From Chiloscyllium plagiosum (Eukaryota), in the NCBI RefSeq assembly GCF_004010195.1, contig NC_057712.1:94717591-94781590 (forward strand): a stretch of DNA of 64,000 nt, written 5' to 3'. A program made the translations under genes and the position numbers. The notes under the pieces were generated by a model. The model saw nothing but the letters and a program-made list of their open reading frames with translations, ran no database searches and had not been told where the DNA came from. This document shows positions 59,041-64,000 of this stretch, in pieces (position 1 is the first letter of the stretch; each line of letters begins with the position of its first letter).

Positions 59041-62000
59041 TTGTATCGATACAAAGTGGGTTTGGCTTTTCACCAACATAAACTTGGTGTCATGTAATTC
59101 AATATGAAGTCACTTGAATTGTATTTAGTCATCTAGTCTGAGAGCACACACAGGACTATTTCACCTTCACACCCTTCACACAATATAACACCTCACATTA
59201 ATTTCATCACCATTCAGAGGTTAGTGAGTAAGGTTTTCCCTCACCAGAGAGCAATTCGAGCCAGCAGTATAACTCATTTCTGTCAGTCCCAGGTGACGCT
59301 TACCAGTTACCAGTTTCAGACTACTACCTGTAGTATAATAACCTCCTTGAAACCATTTCAATTACAAATCACGTGAAATAATAATCATTAAATCTTTTCC
59401 ATGGTTGTTATGCCTAGTGCTATCAAAAAAACAAATTAATATACTGCTAGTCTAACTGAAACTAATGTTTAATTATCTGATTGTTCTGCATTCAAAAATG
59501 TGTTGTGTAAAACATAAATACCTTTATTCCAGTTTCTATGTATGCATTGTGGAATGTGAAATAAATATATCTGCATGATGTAAATGTTTCCATAATGGGA
59601 ACTCCTCCAGAACGGTGGTGTAATGATAAAGTGATTTTCTTAGCAAATTATTTGTTAGATAATGCGCTGTGTTTGCTTCGGAGCCTAGTCTGGTGTGTTA
59701 TCTCAACTACTGCCTAGTGGGCAGTGGACTTTAATGGCATTCAACAGTTTACTCTTACAAATGAATAAATTCTAGGTTAAATTGTGAAACTGTGACTGGA
59801 AACAAACCAAAGTCACTGTACAAAATCTTCCCACAAGATGCATTCCCCTAGAGATTCAAATTTATCAGCCCGTACGTGCAAATACACATAATAGTAATGC
59901 AGGACTTAGTGCAGCCGTTCATAAATCATAAACCGATTAATAATTTCCTGAAAGATTTTTTCCACTTTTAAATCTTTTGTTTGAGAAATAGGAACCTTAC
60001 ATCCATTTGCTTTAATTTTCAAATGCAAGCTGTAGTTTAACAGCTCATGACTCATGAGGCAATAATGATGAAGCCATCAGAATGATGTAAGACCAAAGGA
60101 AAAGGTTACATCAGAGCACTCTGCTAACTAATTGATCACTAAGAGTTTTTCAACAACCCTTGCAGTTGATTAATGGTTAATTAATTGAATAATCATGGCA
60201 GATGTTGATTCGTGTTTTGGAGAGAGTTGTACAGAATTTTCTTTTCCTTTGAGTGGATTTAACTCTACAGTGTAAAACATTCTGAAAGTTTTAAACTTAC
60301 CCAGTTAACAGTTTTAGCGATGTCTTGCCAGGGTATCTGCCTTCACGAAACAACTATTTCCCACTGTTATAAAAGAAAACCTTCTTAACTGTAATAAAGT
60401 GAAATAAAGAATATTTTTAGACTCCTAACTGAATCAGAAGTTACATGGGATTATATATGATATGCAGCAGAGAAGAAATTATTCAGTCCAACCAGATCAT
60501 GCTGACATTTAAGCTTCAGTCAAGAATCCTTCTTTCTTTTCTTGTCTGAATATGTTACTATTACTCTTTACTCCCTGCTTCTTCATGTACCCATCTAATT
60601 TCCTCTTAAATGCTTGATACTATTCACTCCGAATGTTCCCAGCTGTGATGAACGTCACATTCTCTTCTCACAATGGTTTGGGTGAAGAAGGTTCTGAAAT
60701 AACTGGACAAATTCAGATACAGGCCACTAGAACCATTTCTGTTGCAGCTTCCGTAACAAAGGCCTCAATTGGCAGCGAGGCAGGAAGATTGTCCATGGGC
60801 CTTTCCCCCACAGACTTAATGACAGCACTGGTAGAAAAAGGTTAAGTTTTCAACGTGCCACTTCTAAATGATTAAATGCCTCTGGCATGGTAGTTGGCAT
60901 TAAATTTTGTTCATTGATACAAATGTAAACTGAGCTACAGCACAGATAGGTTGACTGATTTAATGTATATGAAATTATGGTCTGTGATACAGAGACAATT
61001 GTTAAATGGTTTATAGGTTAATACAAGCAGACACCTTGATTTGTGTTTCAAATTGCTTGCTGACATGTGTGTGGTATATTAACCAGAGATTCTGAATTAT
61101 TGAACAGAGTTGAGTCTCTTCTTGTAAATAGTTCAGATAAATCTATTTAAAATACTATCCTTAAGATGGAGTGCAGTAAACTGATTTAAATGATTTTCTG
61201 AACTTGCTTAAAAGGCATCCATTTCTGTTTTATCTATCAGTAATGCAGCTGATACTGGAGGAGACTTTTAACATATCTAATAAATTTCATCCACATCACA
61301 ATTTGGGGCTAATCATTAGACAGGGTTCCCATTCAGGTCGCTATACAAAGACTGCCACTTGCCTTTGTGGTGTGCTTTTCACAGCTAAAAGGTCTGTCTG
61401 ATTATCTGTTGTACCTCAAATATTGTTGTTTTGGGTGAGGTAATGGAGGACTGTCATACAAGAGCCAGTGCCTTCAGGAGAGGAGATAAAAAAAAGGCTG
61501 CTGATAATGGCAGGTCCCTTGTGGCTATGCTCATCATTTTAAGCAGCATGTACTTCCATTGTGCTAATCAGCAATAGTACACGATTATATGAGTGTAGAA
61601 GCCGGCTGTAGATGGTGATTTAATCCTAAAGTCTTGACTAGTGCCACTGTTTCTGTTTTATTTCATGTCTGGCTCAAATGGCTGTCAGTAGAATAAACCA
61701 CTCAGCTAATTCTAGTACTGAGTTACATTGGAGCACTTAAACTTAACAGTTGTACATCAATGGTGCTGTGAAAAACATTACAGGATAATGTCGGTGTGAG
61801 TCCAATGTGGTTACTGGGCTTTCAGATCTTCCAGCAAGAATAAAATGGGCAAAGATTAAAAAGTTAAGAACATTATAGAGTTCAATCTGCTGGGCAATAT
61901 AAGTTACACATAAATCATGAAATTGTCAGTGTAACAGCCTTTGTTTTCCTCTTGACATGAAAATAATGTTCCCAAATAGGAGACAACTTAGGTGACTTAA

Positions 62001-62111
62001 ATAAATCATTTGGGTTCTCTACCTTCCATTTTGTTATTCATTTATAGTACTCTATCTGTGATTAGTGTGATTTATAGAAAGCAACATGATATTTAATTTC
62101 AAAAGTGTAGT

Positions 62112-62315
62112 CATCATAGTTGTACCAGATCATAGGGCTGCACTCTCATCGGAGAGAAATGACTGGTGATGGTATAAACTGGGGATCACTATGCCTCAAG
62201 TGAGGGGAGAAGTTGAGAAGGGCAGTCCATCATAGTAACCACCAATGGGGGAATTGAACCCACATTGTTGGCATTACACTGGATTGCAAATCAGCTATGC
62301 AAGCTAACCAATCCC
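62112..62315 (-). mobile_element. tRNA-derived SINE (non-HE1 family)
   Basis: Reverse complement gggattggttagcttgcatagctgatttgc...gtgggttcaattccc (B box)...gcagccctatgatctggtacaactatgatga. Confidence 0.7.
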
Positions 62316-62322
62316 TTCATTA

Positions 62323-62630
62323 GGGCGGCACGGTGGCACAGTGGTTAGCACTGTTGCCTCACAACGCCAGAGACCCGTGTTCAATTCCCGTCTCAGGCGA
62401 CTGACTGTGTGGAGTTTGCATGTTCTCCCCCTGTCTGCGTGGGTTTCCTCCGGGTGCTCCGGTTTCCTCCCACAGTCCAAAGATGTGCAGGTCAGGTCAT
62501 GCTAAATTGCCCGTAGTGTTAGGTAAGGGGTACATGTAGGGGTATGGGTGGGTTGCGCTGCGGCGGGGCGGTGTGGACTTGTTGGGCCGAAGGGCCTGTT
62601 TCCACACTGAAAGTAATCTAATCTAATCTA
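62323..62630 (+). mobile_element. Young HE1 SINE
   Basis: A box tggcacagtgg, B box gttcaattcc (62379-62388), CpGs retained, (aatct)3 tail. Confidence 0.96.
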
Positions 62631-63094
62631 AAAAATTATTTGTATGGTCGGCACAACAAAAATTTGAATCAATTAATGGTCCACAGGATGTGTTTATAAT
62701 TTCACATTGAGTTTGAAAATTTATTTGGACCAACTCTAGGAACTATAATAAGATTCTTAGACAAAGTAGAAACTAAACACACACCATCCCTGATTACTTA
62801 TCGGGCCCGGTATTCAGAGCAGTTGGTTGGAGGTGGAGTTGGGAAATCTCAAAGTATGAATTCCCCAGGAAGCTCTGCAGTTCAAACAGAGGATGCCTTT
62901 TAACTTGATCTTCAGGTCTCCTATTTTAGATTTTTTTTAGATTTTATTTCTTTTTAAGGTTATTGTCTCTTTCATCTTCAATTTCCTGATTCTTTTGCTT
63001 CAAGGAGTTGTGATGATTAACAGGTTGGGTTCTTAGTGCAAATGAAAGTTATACTGTTCTTGCTGACCTGCAGACAGTGCTGCAAAGGCAAGAT

Positions 63095-63530
63095 TAGCTA
63101 CTGGGAGACAAGAGATACCCTCTGCAGCCTTGGCTGATGAGTTGATTACTTATTCCCAACTGAGGAAACATTCAGGTAAAATAGAGTTCTATTTTCTATT
63201 AAAATCAGTATGGAGCAGTGACTGAGTTGCTTAAGATAGAACATAGAACATAGAAAATTACAGCGCAGTACAGGCCCTTTGCCCTCGATGTTGCACCACC
63301 CTGCCATACTAATCTGAAGACCATCCCACCTGCACTTTTCCATGTACATCCATTTGTCTCTCCAACGACGACTTAAATGCACTTAACCTTGGCAAATCTA
63401 CTTCCGATGCAGGCAAAGCATTCCATACCCTTACTACTGGAGTTCAAATGCTCGGATCAACTTAGAGAAAGCCTTTCAGTTTACCTCAGATGGAGTGTGC
63501 CACATAATCCTGGCAAGCTGTGCTCTGACC
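63095..63530 (+). pseudogene. PIF/Harbinger (HARBI1-like DDE) transposase relic split by CR1 tail
   Basis: *LLGDKRYPLQPWLM at 63095; ...LK|MEFKCSD across the insertion; FTSDGVCHIILASCAL (cf. LLGDxGYPL..WLMTP, LKxRFRCLD, IIxACCxLHN). Confidence 0.8.
63238..63438 (-). mobile_element. CR1 3' tail insertion
   Basis: (agaacat)n tail, cagtacaggccctttgccctcgatgttg. Confidence 0.85.
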
Positions 63531-63610
63531 AGTGAGGGATATGATGGATTCTGGTGAATTGGGTGAGTAGCAGCAGTAGTTGAGGAGGAACATGAAGACA
63601 ATGAGCAAAA

Positions 63611-63935
63611 GGCAATGGCGTAGTGGTATTATCACTAAACTGTTAATCCAGAGGCTCAGGTAATGTTTTGGGGACCTAGGATCGATTTCCTTCAGGGCAG
63701 ATAGCAGAATTTGAATTCAATACGAATCTATGATTAAGAGTCTAATGTTGACCATGAAACTGTTGCTGCTTATCAGGAAAACTCACCTGGTTCACTAATG
63801 TCTTTTCGGTAAGAAAATGTACCATCTTTCCCTGGTTGGCCAACATGTGACTCCAGACCCATAGCAATTAGTGATGGCCAATAAATACTGGCCTGCAGAG
63901 CGATGTCCACATCCCATGAATGAATAATGAAAAAG
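63611..63935 (+). mobile_element. tRNA-derived SINE sharing 3' tail with Jockey-group LINE
   Basis: A box tggcgtagtgg and B-box-like ggatcgatttcc. The tail gcaattagtgatggccaataaatactggc...catcccatgaat matches 54256-54312. Confidence 0.85.
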
Positions 63936-64000
63936 TTGATAGAGTTGTGCGGTTGACAGCACACAGTTCTACGTTTGCAATTCCTACCATCATAGATCCA

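Noticed and set aside
62323-62400. tRNA gene
   Set aside because: A/B boxes belong to the HE1 SINE head, with no full cloverleaf, and it continues into the SINE body.

Overview
Eukaryotic, AT-rich, transposon-saturated DNA from a cartilaginous fish, probably a shark. The evidence is HE1-type tRNA SINEs with (AATCT)n/(ATTCT)n tails, HER1/CR1 LINEs and shark-type Penelope pseudo-LTRs. No host protein-coding exon, rRNA, true tRNA gene or CRISPR array could be recognised, so this is intergenic or deep-intronic sequence, and almost all of the ORF track is TE debris or chance. Main contents: a full-length decayed L1 with a target-site duplication (TSD; 4086-9766); a long CR1 with an esterase ORF1 (36147-39810, -); a Rex1/Babar LINE; many CR1 fragments; hAT, PIF/Harbinger and Gypsy relics; a small two-LTR element; and a retrovirus-like provirus (47563-53244, -) with an Arg-type PBS, gag with a CCHC knuckle, an in-frame TAG, a protease and no recognisable RT. 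The most notable signal is about ten short Penelope-derived insertions carrying a minimal hammerhead ribozyme motif (CUGANGA-stem II-GAAACGUC). Several sit as long inverted hairpins between clean TSDs, and two of these share the same GACT microhomology junction. There are also locally templated composite insertions, a 40-bp TSD and candidate conserved non-coding elements. Family assignments come from motif recognition without database searches, and boundaries of old relics are approximate.
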